DNA of 64,000 nt from Eledone cirrhosa (taxonomy: Eukaryota): the NCBI GenBank assembly GCA_964016885.1, contig OZ024740.1, forward strand, positions 70,432,001 to 70,496,000. Direction: 5' to 3'. Each line of letters starts with the position of its first letter. Positions within the stretch are counted from its first letter, which is position 1. Both the position numbers and the translations under genes were made by a program. Below the pieces are notes generated by a model. That model searched no databases. It was not told the DNA's origin and was given only the letters and a program-made list of their open reading frames with translations. Positions 1 to 14,170 of the stretch are shown here, in pieces.

Positions 1-629
1 ACAAATTCTAACAGGTCTATCGACTACGTGTAGGTTCCTTCGTCAATTTGTACTGGTGTTGTTGATGTTGCAGTTAATGTTCTAATATAAGATTTGGAAG
101 AATACATATAGTGATTATATTATGGAGTAAATTTCTTCTATGCGACAACAATACCACGAGATTAGCAACAAAAGCAACAATAACCACAACAACAGTAGCA
201 ACTACAATAAAAACATCTTCACCACGTACATCAACTCCAACAATAACAACAATACCACCCGCCAACGTTGTAGTAGTGGTAGCAGCAGCAGCGGCAAAAT
301 CAGTAGTAGTTGTAGTTGTAGCAGCAGCAGAATCAGTAGTAGTAGATGTAGTAGCAGCAATAATAACATCAACATCAACGATATCAACAATAGAAGTTTA
401 GTTTAAGTTGCCACATCTAGTGGTAATAGAGAAGGTTTCGGCATATTTAATGTGTTTAAATGTTAACACGGTGTATGTGTATGTGATTGGGAGAGGGTGT
501 TGATGAAAGGAAGGATGGAAAGACAGATTGATGGATAAATAGACTGATTAGATGGATAGATAGATAAATAGATGGATGGAAAGATAGATAGATAGATAAA
601 TAGATGGATGGAAAGATAGATAGATAGAT

Positions 630-780
630 ATCTTTCTTTATTTGCCACAGGGGCGTACAAAAATGGGACATTACAAGACGTGACGGCGGGGGTTTTACAT
701 AAAAATAACTTTAACATTAATAACTAACAATAAACTATATAGATAACTTTCTTTTTATTTGCCACCAGGGCATCAAAGAA
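630..780 (-). mobile_element. Two short Tx1-type LINE 3'-end fragments in a (GATA)n tract
   Basis: The minus strand reads CCCCTGTGGCAAATAAAGAAA (~630-655) and CCCTGGTGGCAAATAAAAAGAAA (~748-772). These match the 3' termini of the longer Tx1 copies at 1817 and 28905. Confidence 0.6.
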
Positions 781-919
781 TAAACTATATAGATAGATAG
801 ATAGATAGATTAGATGGTCAGATAGATAAATAGATTAGATGGACAGATAGATAAATAGATGGATGGAAAGATAGATAGATAGATATATAGGTAGGTAGAT
901 ATGACGATAGATAGCTCGA

Positions 920-1300
920 TGAAAAGAGTATATGAACCGAAATACAATATTTTTCACAAGCGACAGAATATCTGGTCTGTACATTTGTGTTTGTATATTT
1001 GTTATACGTGCGGGAGGTTGTATATGTGGTGTGGTAAATAAATATAGACATATACACCACGTCCGAACACAATGGAGCCAAACTCCCCACTGTCACTGCC
1101 TCCGTCTCTCCCACTCCCACACCACCCTCTCACTATTATAAACAAATGGGGACCCACGCACTGGCCTCCCCGTGTCCCCGGCGGAGAGATGAAAGAAGGC
1201 GTTTCCCCGGAGGATGGTGAGGGAGACGCACTGGAACTGCCATTCCAGCTCTCGAGGCTCACACCTGCGGTTAGCCAACTCCGTCTCTACGGTGGTGAGT
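920..1300 (-). mobile_element. 3' fragment of an RLE-type (CRE/NeSL-like) non-LTR retrotransposon
   Basis: ORF 1093..1362(-) contains LANRRCEPRELEWQFQCVSLTILRGNAF. This resembles the C-terminal 'QRxSxxxxRGNA' motif of restriction-like-endonuclease elements. A UTR-like stretch and (ATCT)n follow. Confidence 0.6.
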
Positions 1301-1635
1301 AGGGAGTGTATGTATAATAAACATTTATAGCCTCGCTGTGAGTACTTTATGCATGGGTCCATATAATCCAGGATTCTGAAGCAATATTAGGGGTGTCGCT
1401 ATTAAGATAGATAGACGTAGAACTAGTTGGAGTGGTAGATAGATAGATAGATATAGAAAAAAAGGTGGTAGAATTGACAAAATCAACATGAGATGAATGC
1501 TTTACATGTGTGTGTAAATACATGTGAACGTACTGGTCCAACAGCCTAAAAAACGAGTTCCGAACATTTATATCCAATACTCTCTCGAGCATGGGGAATT
1601 TAGGACACTGCCCTCCCTTTTCAAGGTGTAGTATA

Positions 1636-1762
1636 CAGGGGCAGTGGAACTGGGGGAGGTGGTGCAAGCCCCCCCCCCCCAATAATTATATTTTTCTCCC
1701 CAAATTACGAAAATACCCACCCATCTATTTGATATGCGTTACAATTTATGTACATGTTATGT
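1636..1762 (+). mobile_element. Partial hAT-like MITE (CAGGGGCAGTGGAAC terminus)
   Basis: It shares the terminus and the internal GATATGCG..ACAATTTATGTACATGTTATG with copies at 6310-6480, 21172-21382 and 29095-29243. Confidence 0.55.
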
Positions 1763-1816
1763 AGAGATAAACGGGAGAGATAGATATAGATATAGAGAGG
1801 TGGTAAATGATATAAA

Positions 1817-4800
1817 TTTCTATTTATTTGCCACCAGGGCATCAAAGATTGGGACAAATACAAAGGGGGGAGTTTACATACATTTAAAAAGACATGTAAA
1901 AAACATATAACAAATTAAATTTAACAATCGATGTCCTCAATAGGGAGGGGCGTTGACATGGGTCGCACACACCCCCGAAAAAATGTGCAACCCTCCGCTT
2001 CAGGAGCACAAAGAGCGGGTGCTTCCTTCCTCTTCTCATTCTTCCCCTCTCTCACCTACAGGCTGATATAGAGAGAGGGCCCATTCACTCGGGCCATTCT
2101 CGCTACTTTCACCCACCTTTCATAAAACTTGCTGTGGTAAAGCACCTCTCTCTCCATCCTGATCCTTCTTCTAAAGTGGTACTTGAAAAAAAAGACCAGT
2201 TGTTGGCCGGAGAGAAAGGTGTCTGACCTCAGCCCTTTCAACCTTGTCCACCATACAACTTCTTTCGCCATGGCTATCACACAGAGGAAAACCGCCTCTC
2301 CTTCGTTTTTGAAAGGGGGAGGCGGTTTGATCGTGACAATGTTCTCGGTGGTCAACCCGCGACAGTAGTCGTTCCACATAGCCCCACAGGTCAGCAACGC
2401 CCGGGCAGTATATGAATGCGTGTGCGACGGTTTCCACGTCACGCACGCATCTCGGACAGATCTTCTTCGAGGGGTCCCTACTCGGGCGCCCGTGTCTGTA
2501 GAGCTTGTCCCGAACGGGTAGAGCTCCTCGGTAACATTGCCAAACCAGGGACTTTTGGAAGTTGTCCATCGGTCCCGGGCCAAACGTCCTACCGAACAGA
2601 CTGGCCAGCTCATCTTCCTCCATGCCCAGAGCCTCTCCGAGAGCTTCGTCGCACTTACTGCGCACCAACCCTCTATAGAATGTTGAGGTTGAGTCTCCAC
2701 TGATTGCCGGATCCGCTTGCCAGAGAGCCGTGAGCGCCTGGGCACATTCAATGAGCCAGTGGCCCACTTTTCTCGGTCTTTGCTTGACCCAGGATTGCAG
2801 CTCGCTGAGTGAGACGAGTCTCGGAAAGGCTCGCCTCACAAACAGGGCCCACACCGGCTGACCGGTGAGGAATACCTGGAGGTGCCGTAGCCTTAATGCG
2901 TGTCTACGCATCGTCAGCCACAGCAACCCCAGCCCGCCGTTCGAAGGGTGTTGACAGCAGATGGATCTTCTCACCAAAGGAGCCAGCTTCTTCCAAAGAA
3001 ATCGGAAGAGCGCGCGGTCCATTTTGGCGAGTGTTTTCTCTGGGCAAGGCACGACGGTCAAGCGGTAGGAGATGACGGACGCTATATAAGCGTTCGCCAC
3101 CTCCGCTCGACCTTTCAGGGATAGTTTGCACTCAGCCCACTTCTGGGCGAGTGCAAACACCTTGCCCGTTACCTCGTCCCAGTTTTTCTCCACCTGGAGG
3201 TCCGGTCCGAACCAGACCCCGAGCAGCTTCACCGGTCCCTCCATCCAGCGTCCGACGATGCCGTCGGAGGGCATTGTTTTGCCCCTCCACGTCCCGAGTT
3301 GCAAACCGACGGACTTGTCCCGGTTCAGCTTGGCTCCTGTGAACCTTTCATATTCCTCCAGTAAGGTGCCGATCTGCCCGATTTCCGAGGCGCACAACAC
3401 CATTACTGTCACGTCATCGGCGTAGGCCGACACCGCTTTCCGCAATCCCGGTTCCAAGGGGATGCCCTGCAACAGCTCCAGCTTACGCAGTAGTGGCTCG
3501 AGCGCCAGCACATACAGGAGGGAGGAGAGAGGGCATCCCTGTCGGATGGATCGCGTGATTTGGAACGGCTCCGAGAGGTAGCCGTTCACCTTGACCCTCG
3601 AGCAGGTGTTGCTGCTGTGCATTGCAGCAATCCAACCCCTGAAAACGGGTCCTAAGCCTGCCGCCGCGAGCACCGCATCCAGGTACCGATGGTCAACCCT
3701 ATCGAACGCCTTAGTTTAACCCAAGTTGATCAGGGCCCCACCAAAGCCGGGTTCGTTCCCTACCCTCTCTACGATGTATCGCATGAGGTGGAGGTTGTCG
3801 TGTATGGACCTGGACGGGATTGCGCATGTCTGCGCTTCTCCCACCAGGTTCCCGACGACAAGCGCCAACCTCTTCGCTAACACCTTGGCCAAATTCTTTA
3901 ACTCTGTGCTTAGCAGAGTTATGGACCTGAAGTTATCTATGTCATCCCCCTTGTTCTCGTCCTTCCTCACCAGCGTGACTACGCCCTTGGTCACAGAACT
4001 GGGAATTCTCCCGTTCTGTTCCCAGTTGCAGTAGACCGCCCCGAGGAGACCGGAGAACAAGCCCGGCATCGCTACATAAAGTTCGTATGGTAGACCATCG
4101 AAACCCGGAGATTTGCGTTTGCCGCATTGGCTCAGCGCTTCCCCTATTTCAGCCTCTCGCAGGACTTCGCCTCCCCGTCCGAGAGCCGCGCCAGACCGTC
4201 GAGGTATGGACCGAAATCCATGGCCCCACCCGGCCCACCGCCCCTCCCGAACAGTCGTGCAAAGCGCCGTTGAAAGGCCGCGCTCATCCGCTCAGGTTCA
4301 AGGATCACGCGTCCATCCTGGTCCTTCAAAGTCCGAATCGTGGACTTGTTTCTACTTTTTGCCTCTGTCACTCGGGCCCAGCTAACAGCTTTGGCTCCCT
4401 CGTTACCCAGAGCACGTATTTTACTCCTGACAACGCAGCCCTCGTACTTCGCATCAAAGAACTGGTCTAGGGCCATTCTTGACGCCAGCACGCCGGCCAC
4501 GTTGCCACTCCTAATCGCCTCTTCTACTCTATTTGTTAATTCCCTTTCAGTTCTATTCCTATCTCATGCTAATTCCCGACTAAAACCTATCGATTCTATT
4601 CTAATTTCTCTCTTGAGAGAGCCCCACCACCTGTTGTTGACAATTGCCCCCATCAAACGCTGCTTAACTAGTGTGCTAATCCGCTTACTGTAAGCTTTGT
4701 TTGTCGGTAAAGACAAGTTTAGCTTCCAGTAACCGGGTCCCTGTCTATGAGTTCTATCAAGGTTGACCACTCCGGTCACCAACTTGTGATCCGAATAGTC

Positions 4801-6144
4801 AACCATGAACATTCGTGGACTGCTTAATATGTCCCTATCCTTATTTCTAACTAGGAACCTATCTAGGTACGACCTAGATGTTCCGCTACGATTAGTCCAC
4901 GTCCACATTGGCACAGTCGGAAAATCTAGTCGATATCTATCGGCCAGATCAAGTCGGCCGATTAATCTTTTGAGGCTGTTACACCCTCCTCTATCGGGAC
5001 ATGCCCCTACATAGTCCCAACGTGCATCCAGGATACCATTCCAGTCCCCCACTAAAAGCAAGGAGCGAGACGTTCCCAGGAAATTCTCCAGGCGTCGGAA
5101 GAAGTCCGGTCGCGGTGTCCCAGATGGGGCATACGCTGCCATCAGCCTGAAAGCTCCACCTTCACCACTGCCGACGTCTAAAACCACCAGTCGACCCTCC
5201 GGGTCCAGGTGTACCTTCTGTGTGGCAAGACCCAGGTATTTTCGCAGCAGAACGACAACACCACCCCCACCCCTCGGCTGACAGAGAGACGCGTAGATCT
5301 CAAAGTCGTCGAAGATGGGGGCCAGTTGGCGCTCGCTGCTGATCCTGGACTCGCAAATAACCATTACATCCACTCCGTGCGACCTGAGGTCATTTAAGAG
5401 TTTGCCCTGTTTCCAGGACATCCCCAAGCCGCGTGCATTCACACATCCAACTCTTATATTGGCCATGTTGGTGCTGAAGAGTTAAAAAGGAAGAGGAAAG
5501 GAAATTACTTACCTCTTCGTCTCCTGGGGACCAGGCTGCACAATTTCCATGAGGGTGTTGGAAGGGTTGTTTGGTGGGGTGGTGGTTTGTGGGGTGAGGA
5601 TATCAGTGTGTGGTGGGATTAGGGTGTTTGGTGTGGGGGTGGGGAAACATCTCAATAGGAAGTGGTTAAGTGGTTTGTGCAGTACGTCCCCACATGCATT
5701 GGATGGTTCTTTTTCAAAGTTACATAGGTTTCCGTTGGGACCCTAATCATCATTAGGTGCGGTTTGTTTGCTGCGTAGGTGAAAGTGATCCCTTCGGTTT
5801 GCACCGAAGTGTTATTTTCTATCGCTTTCATCAACGTTTTATTGTTCTTGTTAATGTATGTATAGAGTTTTTGTTGTGTTGTGTTTGTTTTTGTTTGTTG
5901 TTCTAGTGCGTGTTTGCGTTTTGTAGTATGTGTTATGTTTTGGGGAGGGGTGGGTTTTTTGTTTGTGATGTTTGTTCTGTTTGTGCCGGTGGTTGTGTGT
6001 TTGTAGCATTTTTGTTAATGTGGTGCCTTTTTTTTTCCTTTTCACCTGTTGAAAGGGTTCTCCCTCGTCGTCACTGGGTGACGTTGATACGGAGTCCTCT
6101 TCCGTGTTGTTGGGGAGGGGTATATTTTGGGGTTTTGTTGTGGT
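1817..6144 (-). mobile_element. Tx1/L1-clade LINE, family A copy 1, 5'-truncated within ORF1
   Basis: Contains an APE domain (4564..5466: NARGL, GDWN, YLDR, SDH), RT (QGCPLS, YADD in 2171..3673) and a C-terminal CPRC..H....C knuckle. It is closely similar to 24573-28924 in inverted orientation. Candidate TSD at 1800-1814 and 6140-6154. Confidence 0.95.
2056..5466 (-). pseudogene. ORF2 (AP endonuclease + reverse transcriptase), disrupted by stops and frameshifts
   Basis: ORF pieces 4564..5466, 4144..4500, 3716..4069, 2171..3673 and 2056..2751 tile one L1-type ORF2. Confidence 0.92.
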
Positions 6145-6300
6145 AATTGATATAGAGAGGTGGGTTGGAAGAGAGTTCCGTGTAGTAGATATAGAAAGGG
6201 GGATTGGGAGAGAATTTTGTATGGTTGATGTAGAGAGGGGGGAGAGTTTGGTGTTTTTTTATATAGAGAGGGGTATTGAAAGAGAGTTCCGTGTAGTAGT
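6145..6300. repeat. Degenerate ~30-33-bp minisatellite (..GAGAGTTCCGTGTAGTAGATATAGAGAGGGG..)
   Basis: Tandem units are visible. The reverse complement of the same unit occurs at 23060-23271 and 28940-28975. Confidence 0.7.
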
Positions 6301-6309
6301 GCGTCTTTT

Positions 6310-6480
6310 GGTAGTTTCTCCCCAAACTACCAAAACACACATCTATTTGGATATGCGCTACAATTTATGTAAATGTTATGTTTATCATTTTAGAGTGCAT
6401 AGAGGTAAACTAATCACTGCAACTAAATTGACCAAATTTTGCCCCTACCCCAATTCAGAAATGCTCCCAACGCCAGTGGT
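6310..6480 (+). mobile_element. hAT-like MITE copy (same family as 1636, 21172, 29095)
   Basis: Colinear with the reverse complement of 21172-21382. Ends in CCAACGCCAGTG. Confidence 0.55.
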
Positions 6481-7258
6481 ATAGTGTTGAAGGGGAAAGC
6501 GAATACATTTGGCAGAAAATCACGTGCATAGTTCGTTGTTGACGCTCATGAACGCATGTGGGTAAAATAAAAATGGACTAAGAAAATTAACAATGTTAGT
6601 GTTGGACGAAATTCCTGTCAGTGTTTAAGTTAGAACTCTTTATGTACTGAGTTCGAATCCACCAGTTGTCAACTTTCCCTTTCATCCTTCCGAAGTTCCA
6701 TCAAAGTAAAATACCAATTAAGTACTTGGATAGATTCCTATAATTCCATCCTAGATATGAATGGAATTAGGTGATGAATGAGCATAGGACAAATTACTTT
6801 GTTATTCGCTCCCGCTTTCGGCGCTCATAATACAAATCCTGCTAAGGTCAACTTTCATTTTTCCATCCTTTCAAGGTCAATATAATTATGTCCCACTATA
6901 AAGCGGAGAAATGGTGGACTTGAGAGAGCATCTGATGAGATGTCTTACTGCATTTGTCTCCCTCTTTTCATTCTGTGTTCAAAACATGGCGTGGCCTACT
7001 TGCTTGGTAAACTTAGTCAGTCACCTCGTTTAACGACACCATCTGGCTCCTGGAAAACTTTAGCAGAGTTCACTCTGTTGCAAGCATTGAGGCCAGGTCT
7101 CCAGTTTGAGGATGCTACCATCTCTTCCTCCTTCCCTCCTCCCCCTATTACCTCTTGCAGAAGCCTTGGACATCAAAAAGGAAATATGAAATGTTTCAAA
7201 ATAAAATAAAAAGGAAAAGAAATAAAAAACTATATTGTTATTATTTTTAAAGACCAAA

Positions 7259-7490
7259 TGAGCGCAGTGGATTGGCAGTATCGGTAGAGTGTCAGACGCC
7301 ATGCTTTGCAGCATAGAGTTACGGCTCTTTATGATCTGAGTTCAAATCCTGCCGAGGTTAACTTTGCCTTTTATCCTTACGGGGTCGATAAAATAAAATA
7401 AAGTGCCAGTCACGCTCTGGGTCGATTTAATCGACTTTCCCCTCCTCCCAAAAAGTGCTGGCCTTATGCCTATATAAGAAACCATTATTT
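7259..7490 (+). mobile_element. tRNA-derived SINE, family S1 (octopus-type)
   Basis: Has A-box-like TGGCAGTATCGG, B-box GAGTTCAAATCC, body GAGGTTAACTTTGCCTTT..GGGGTCGATAAAATAAAG and tail GGCCTTRTGCCT..AGAAAC. More than ten copies occur in the window. Confidence 0.85.
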
Positions 7491-9154
7491 TTAAAACCAA
7501 ATAAGTCTCGACTGTTGGTTGTTAGGGTGTTCGGCTCACGATTGTAAGGTCATGAGTTCGATTCCTGGCTGCGTGTTGTGTCTTTGAGCAAGACACTTTA
7601 CAGGTCTATTTACAGATCTACTTACAGGACAGGTGGAAAGGAGGGTGGGAGAAAGACATCCCAACAAATTTAACCAGTTTCACCCACAAAGTATGGTAAA
7701 TGACAGTTGTCCAAGATGTCACACAGTTGAATCGAACCCAAGACCCAATGACTAAGAAACCTACTCATTAACCATGAGGCCATGCTGCGTCCACAAATAG
7801 TGGGAACAAATACTAAAAGACATTTCATCCGATACTTTAACAATTCTGCTAATCCACAGCACTTCACTGGTACTGGTAATGTATTTTGTCTATCTTGATA
7901 GGATGAAAAGAGAAATTGAACGTGACGATACTTGAACTCAGAGCACAGAGATCCTGCAAAAATACCTGAAATTTTATTATACCAGTTCACCAGAGTAAGA
8001 TTAGTCCGCTATATTTAGTTTGAAATAGTAGTATTGTTCAGTCCATTTCTGTTTTCGTTTCGAAACCCAAATTACAAATTTTCACAAATTCAAATTTGTA
8101 TTTATTTCGTTGACGCCGCTGGCAAAATGGCTTACCCTTTACTTCTGAAGATTCAGGAAGGAGACACACTGAAAGAGTCATTCCACCTTGCGGCGTTCAT
8201 ACTTATGGGTTTCTAAAATTAATATTAGTGATTTTCCCCACTACAGATACACTCCTAAATAATCTTACTTAATTGAAATTTACACCTGATTCTAAAAGGA
8301 TGCCTCATAGCTGACGTGAAGGATCACTCGTCGGTTTGTAAAAGATATTGTTTAGACACAAGTCAGCCCAGATCCTGTAGGCCTATGATTAAAGATAATC
8401 TAGCCGTGAACATTGTGCCTTTATCCTTCGCGCAGGGAACGCAGGACTATATAATTCAATAAGACATTTTCCAAGACGTTAGGCTGTGTTTTGAGGAGAT
8501 TAAGCTGCCTTTGCTAGCTGGCTTAGTGACAACATAGAGGATACCCGTTTCCACGTTCGGGCTATTCCAAAGGTTATTGGTGACGTAAGTAAAACGCAAG
8601 CCAGTAGCGACGGAATAATAAAACAACTTTGTTATATTATATATGTGTGGAACTACCGTATATTGAGCCAATAAAACAGGTGGCCACATGCTGTCAATAA
8701 TGATGGTAATAGCGTGAAACAAATTTAATTTTCCTTGTTCAGAATTGGTATGCCATATATAACAGGATCAATGGGAGGAAAATTTGCATTCGATAAATTA
8801 AAGGTTTGCATAAAAGAAACCCTATAATTTATGTTGCTTACTGACATGTGAAAGTGATCACAAGATAACAATTTCTAATAATTTATTTCTAGAATATAAT
8901 TACATAAATGTTTAGCATATATGATTAAAGGTATCAGTAACTGTCAAGAAATATCTATTGACAGAAATAGGTATAGGATTAAAACACAGGACCTTGTGAT
9001 AGGATAGCGAACCTAATGTAGGGACATGACTGAGCTGGGAAATGTATATGAAACAGTCATGTCGAAGTCATTTCTATGTAAAATAAAGATGTATTCAGTA
9101 TTCAGTACCTTCTTTAACTGTGCTCATCTTCCGATCCTTTTCGGTAATCTACCA

Positions 9155-9446
9155 TATATGCGGAGTTCCTTCCTTGCTCACATTTCGACTAGGTTTGATG
9201 GTCTTTATTCTCTCTCATTCACGATTTCACCGAACTTATATTCATGGAAATCTGGGACTTGACTCCTTCTTCCTCACTTTTCGTTGCTTTACCATCTTTG
9301 TTTGTTTACATTCTCGCTCGTTCCCCTTAGTTACGTGTCCCAACGACTTTCTTTAGCCGTTGCTCGCACCAACCGGAGGTATATGGTCTTTAAAGCGATG
9401 AAATACCAATGATGGTTGGAAGATCACTGATGAAGGACTAACTTTA

Positions 9447-9452
<6 letters not shown>
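9155..9452 (+). repeat. Dispersed ~300-bp repeat next to (TA)n, probably a PLE pseudo-LTR derivative
   Basis: Near-identical to 21880-22180 and similar to 19487-19790. Contains CACTGATGAAGG (half of a hammerhead core). Confidence 0.7.
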
Positions 9453-9505
<53 letters not shown>

Positions 9506-9621
9506 TCACACACCCAAACAAACACACATGCCGTATTATTATGGCTGATCCCAAATCTGAGTAAAAATAGTGGCAGTGGACGTCAGCAAAAAGTAGTTTA
9601 TATGAGAGCTCATAGAAAAGT

Positions 9622-10785
9622 TCTTCTTCTTCAACCACTTATTTCTGAGAGGGTCGTTGGGAGAGGGTCGTGGGGACAGAGTCCTCAAACACTCCTTTCA
9701 GTGAGTCCTTTCAGAAGCAACCATCTCCAACTGATCCGGTTGGATCCCCAAGCGAGACCAACCAAGCTCTTGGATCTTATCCAACCATCTTGCTCGAGGT
9801 CTACACCTGGGTCTCCTGCCGGTTGGTTTTGTCCGTAAAATCTGTCCAGAAATTCTTTCCTGAGAGATTCTACTGAATTCTACTACACCAGCTCCTGCAA
9901 TTCTTGTACTTAATTCAGCCTCCTGCCTTCCATCACTCGTGAATACTACCCCGAGATATTTGAACCTCTCTACCTGCTTCAATGGAACTCCATTCACATG
10001 TAAATTGCACTGTGCACACTTCCTTAAGAGGACAAGTGTCTCAGTTTTCGCAGCACTAATTTTCCTTCCAGCCATGCAGTACTCGGCATCAAACTTATAG
10101 AGTGCAAGTCGGAGATCACCTTCTGTCGAGTTTAGTAACACCATGTCGTCTGCAAATTCCAGCCGTCAGATTTTACACTCGCCAATCATAATACCACTTC
10201 CAGCCCGGCTGCGCATATCAATCCTGTTCATGTAAATAATGAACAGAAGAGGTTGCAGTATGCACTCTTGTCGGAGTCTGACTCCCACTTTGAATGGTTT
10301 CGATTTAGCACTATTTATCCGAACTCAAATACTCGGGCATTCGTATAGAAACATCAAGGCAGCAAGAAGCTGAACATTGAGCCCATACTTCTGCACAACC
10401 TTCCACAGCAGGTCCCGATGAACGCGGTCATATGCCTTCTCAAGTTCGACAAAACAAAAATATATACTTCTTGGCAATACTACCACGATTTCTCGAATAC
10501 CATCTGCAGTGTGAATATTTGATCGACTATGTTGCGTCCGGGGCGAAAACCACACTGTTCATGAGCTAGCTTGGACTAGACCATCTCCCTGCATCTCTTT
10601 TCCAGACACTTAACATAGACTTTACCGGGGAGGCTTAACAAGGAGATCCCTTTGTAATTGAAACAATGTCTCTTTCTCCCTTTTTGAATATTGGGATTAT
10701 CACTACCGATTGCTATTGTTTAGGTGCCTTTCAAGACATTCAGGCCACTCGGCATACACGAGTCAGCCGAGAATACCTTCTTATG
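9622..10785 (-). mobile_element. RTE-clade LINE, 5'-truncated and degraded
   Basis: The minus strand encodes LEKAYDRV, FADDMVLL, FKYLG and the RTE-type C-terminus GRRPRCRPRARW. Short (GAA)n tail. Confidence 0.85.
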
Positions 10786-10835
10786 AATATAATTTCCGAT
10801 CTATGACCAGACGAACCAAAAGATGAAATTGAGGG

Positions 10836-11016
10836 ATTGGCAGTATCGGTAGAGGGTCGGACGCCATGCTTTCCAGCATAGTTACGTCCCTTTACGATCT
10901 GAGTTCAAATCCCGCCGAGGTTGACTTTTCCTTTCATCCTTACGGGGTCGATAAAATAAAGTGCCAGTAATGCACTGGGGAATTGCTGGCCTTGTGCCTA
11001 AAGTAGAAACAATTAA
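10836..11016 (+). mobile_element. SINE family S1
   Basis: Same A/B boxes and body as 7259-7490. Confidence 0.85.
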
Positions 11017-11325
11017 TGAAGTGTTGGAATCTATGAAACACCATATTACTCTACTCTTCATGTTGAGTACATTTTTCTTGTATTTAGATGTGCGGCGCCA
11101 TTTATTTTAATGAGAAGTAATTGATTATTAATGTTAATTGTTTCTGTTTATTAAACATATTTCAAAATTTATATAAATTTTTTAAAAGCGGTTTTCGCTA
11201 TATTTTTATTTTTTTTATTTAAGAGAATAAATAAACGGAAATATTTAACGTTTTATCAGCACAATCTTGTTTATAAACGAAGTGATGCCATCTATATTTT
11301 ACTAAAAATCTTTGATTGCTTGTTC

Positions 11326-11356
<31 letters not shown>

Positions 11357-11669
11357 GGTCTGTAATGTAATTATCCAAAAGGGTGCAAAATGGGAAAATA
11401 CTTTGAAAGTAAGTTGACCCTGAAATAGGAATAAAACAAGTTTCGCGTAAATCGGACGACGGGTTCCCGAGATATGCTGGGTTTCCGGGTGCCTTCATAA
11501 ACAAAGAGAGAGAATGATAGAGAGGAAGAGATAGTGGTTGTGAGAGAATAGATTGAAAGAGAGACATAGAGAGAGGGAGAGGAGACAGAGAAGGAGAATG
11601 GGAGAGAGAGAGCGCTGGTTGCGTTGTTGTGTGTGTGTATATATATATATATGTGTGTGTGTGTGTATG

Positions 11670-11725
<56 letters not shown>

Positions 11726-12145
11726 ACAAGTGTATATAGATCACAGATACCCACATATATATACACACACACTTATATATATGTATACAAACACACATAT
11801 CTGTATATATACATACACACATATCTATATGGGCCTTCCAGTTTCATTTCACATTATATAGATGTTTGGGTATATTTTAATTATTTAAAAATTATTTTTA
11901 AGTGAACAGGATTTTTTTTTTATATTTTGAAGTGAACGTGACCCAATGGGTCATGGGTGGTCTAGTTATATATGTGTGTGCGTGTGTGTGTGTGTGTGGG
12001 GGTGTGTGTGTGTGGGTGTCTGTGCATGAACATAGGCATACATGTATACATGTGTATCCTTTTCTCTCCCTCCCTATCCTTCCACTCTCTCTCTCTCTCT
12101 GTCCCCCTCTCTCTCTTTACACACACACACACACATATATATATA

Positions 12146-12205
<60 letters not shown>

Positions 12206-12835
12206 ATGTATGTATTAATCACATATTTTGTACCGCCCCCTCTACACCTGATGTTTTAAATAAAAATGGCCAGCCAGGTTCTTGTTTGCCTCTCATCACA
12301 CAAGGGAGTGTAGGAAATTAGGGTTGGAAGGGATGGGGAGGCCCCGAGACAGGGAGCGATAAAATACGCACTGCAGTCATGTATTGGCGTGTCGATTTAA
12401 TAGACTAAACACATATCCCATTGTGAGAAAGTAATAAATCCCCATTCACTTATGTAGTTGTCTAGCTTCAGTTCGGGTTCTGACCGTGTAGACCTGAGAT
12501 CAAAGATGCTCCAGCTGTGACCATCCAGTCTCTTATTTTCAAACATAATTTATGTGTCTTTCAGACTTGTTTTTTTCCCCATACAGTTGGTTATCTGATT
12601 TGAAATAGATTTAGCTGCTATTTCTAGAAGCTTGAGTGACATAAAATCTAAAGCGTTCCAACTGTGACCATCCTATTAGTTATTTTCAGACGTCATAGTT
12701 TAAATGTTCCACACATACTTTAATCAATTTTTTACTTAGGTTTCTTTTCTTTTTTTTTTCAAAACAGCATGTTGTTATTTGAGGGAGGTTTAGCTGCTAT
12801 TTCCAGAAGATCCAGATGCCACAATCCTGTCATAT

Positions 12836-13215
12836 TTTCTTCTTCTTCGTCTTCTTCTTCTTTTTCTTCTTCTTGAGAGGGTCGTAGGGACAGAGTCCTC
12901 AAACACTCCTTCGCGCGAGTCCTGTCAGAAGCAGCCGTCTCCAACTGATCTGGCTGGATCCCCAACCGAGACTAGCAAGCCCATAGATGTTATCCAACCA
13001 TCTTGCTCAGGATCTACCCTGGGTCTCCTGTCGGTTGGTTTTTCTCGTAAAATCTGTCCAGCGATTTTTTCCTGAGACATTCTAACCACATGCTCATAGT
13101 ATCAGAGCTGTGATCTCTCAATTCGGAGAAGTAGTGGCTCTACCTGGAGTGACTCTCTGATCCCCGAGATACGCACTCTATCAAGTAACGTTACTCCAAA
13201 GACCTTTCGGCCACT
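12836..13215 (-). mobile_element. RTE LINE 3' fragment with (GAA)n tail
   Basis: Homologous to 9640-9870 (GAGAGGGTCGT..GGACAGAGTCCTCAAACACTCC). Confidence 0.8.
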
Positions 13216-13620
13216 TGTCACATGTATTTAAAAACATTCTTTTAATTTGTAATTTTTTTCCAAAACTATTAGGTTGTGTGATTTGAGGGAAATTTAGCTG
13301 CTATTTCTTGAAGGTCATGCGATCACGTTGGCCTAATGTCTTATAGTATAGCTAAGTGAAAATAGTTCAGGGTATAGTTCTCCATGCCATGTACTAGTAG
13401 TCTAACATACATAAAACAGTAAGTTGAATAACATCGATTGACGAACATTGTCTAAGCAATTAATAGACAAAAACTCCATTTACAAGTGTTTAAAATTCAT
13501 TTTTTTTTTTTTAAGAAACAAGGAAAATAAATTCCATGGGATCAGTTGATCGAAATTCTTGAACAGTATAGTCAATGCTGATTAGAGTACATCAAGTATT
13601 TAAAGCAGATGTTTTGATAT

Positions 13621-14170
13621 TTGGCAGTATCAGTAGAGGGTCAGACGCCATGCTTTGCAACATAGAGTTACGTCCCTTTACGGTCTGAGTTCAAATCCTG
13701 CCGAGGTTAACTTTGCCTTTCATCCTTTCGGGGCCGATAAAATAAAGTACCAGTAATGCACGGGGTTAATTGCTGGCCTTGTGCCAAAAATAGAAACAAT
13801 TAATAATTCCTCTCAGAGTTCAAATCGCGCCGAGGTTAGCTTTGCCTTTCATCCTTACAGGGTCGATAAATTAAAGCAACAGTAACACACTGGGATCGAT
13901 TTAATCGACTTTCCCCTCCCTCAAAATTTGTTGGTCTTCTGCCTAAATCAGAAACCATTATTAATCCCTCTCGAAGGTCGGTGGATTGGCAGTATCGGTA
14001 GAGTGTCAGACACCATGCTTTGCAGCATAGAGTTACGACCCTTTAACTTTGCCTTTCATCCTTACGGGGTCGATAAAATAAAACACCAGTAATGCACTGG
14101 GGTTGATTTAATCGACGTTCCCCTCCCCCCAAATTACTGGCCTTGTGCCTATACTAGAAATCATTATTAA
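13621..14170 (+). mobile_element. Three head-to-tail SINE S1 copies (13621-13805, 13812-13963, 13978-14170)
   Basis: Three successive copies of the S1 body and tail. The middle copy is 5'-truncated. Confidence 0.85.

Noticed and set aside
74-406. Thr/Val/Ala-rich ORFs at the window start
   Set aside because: Degenerate (CAA)/(TAG)/(CAG) trinucleotide sequence with no recognisable protein.
7259-7360. tRNA genes suggested by A/B boxes
   Set aside because: No cloverleaf, and the boxes continue into a multi-copy SINE body.
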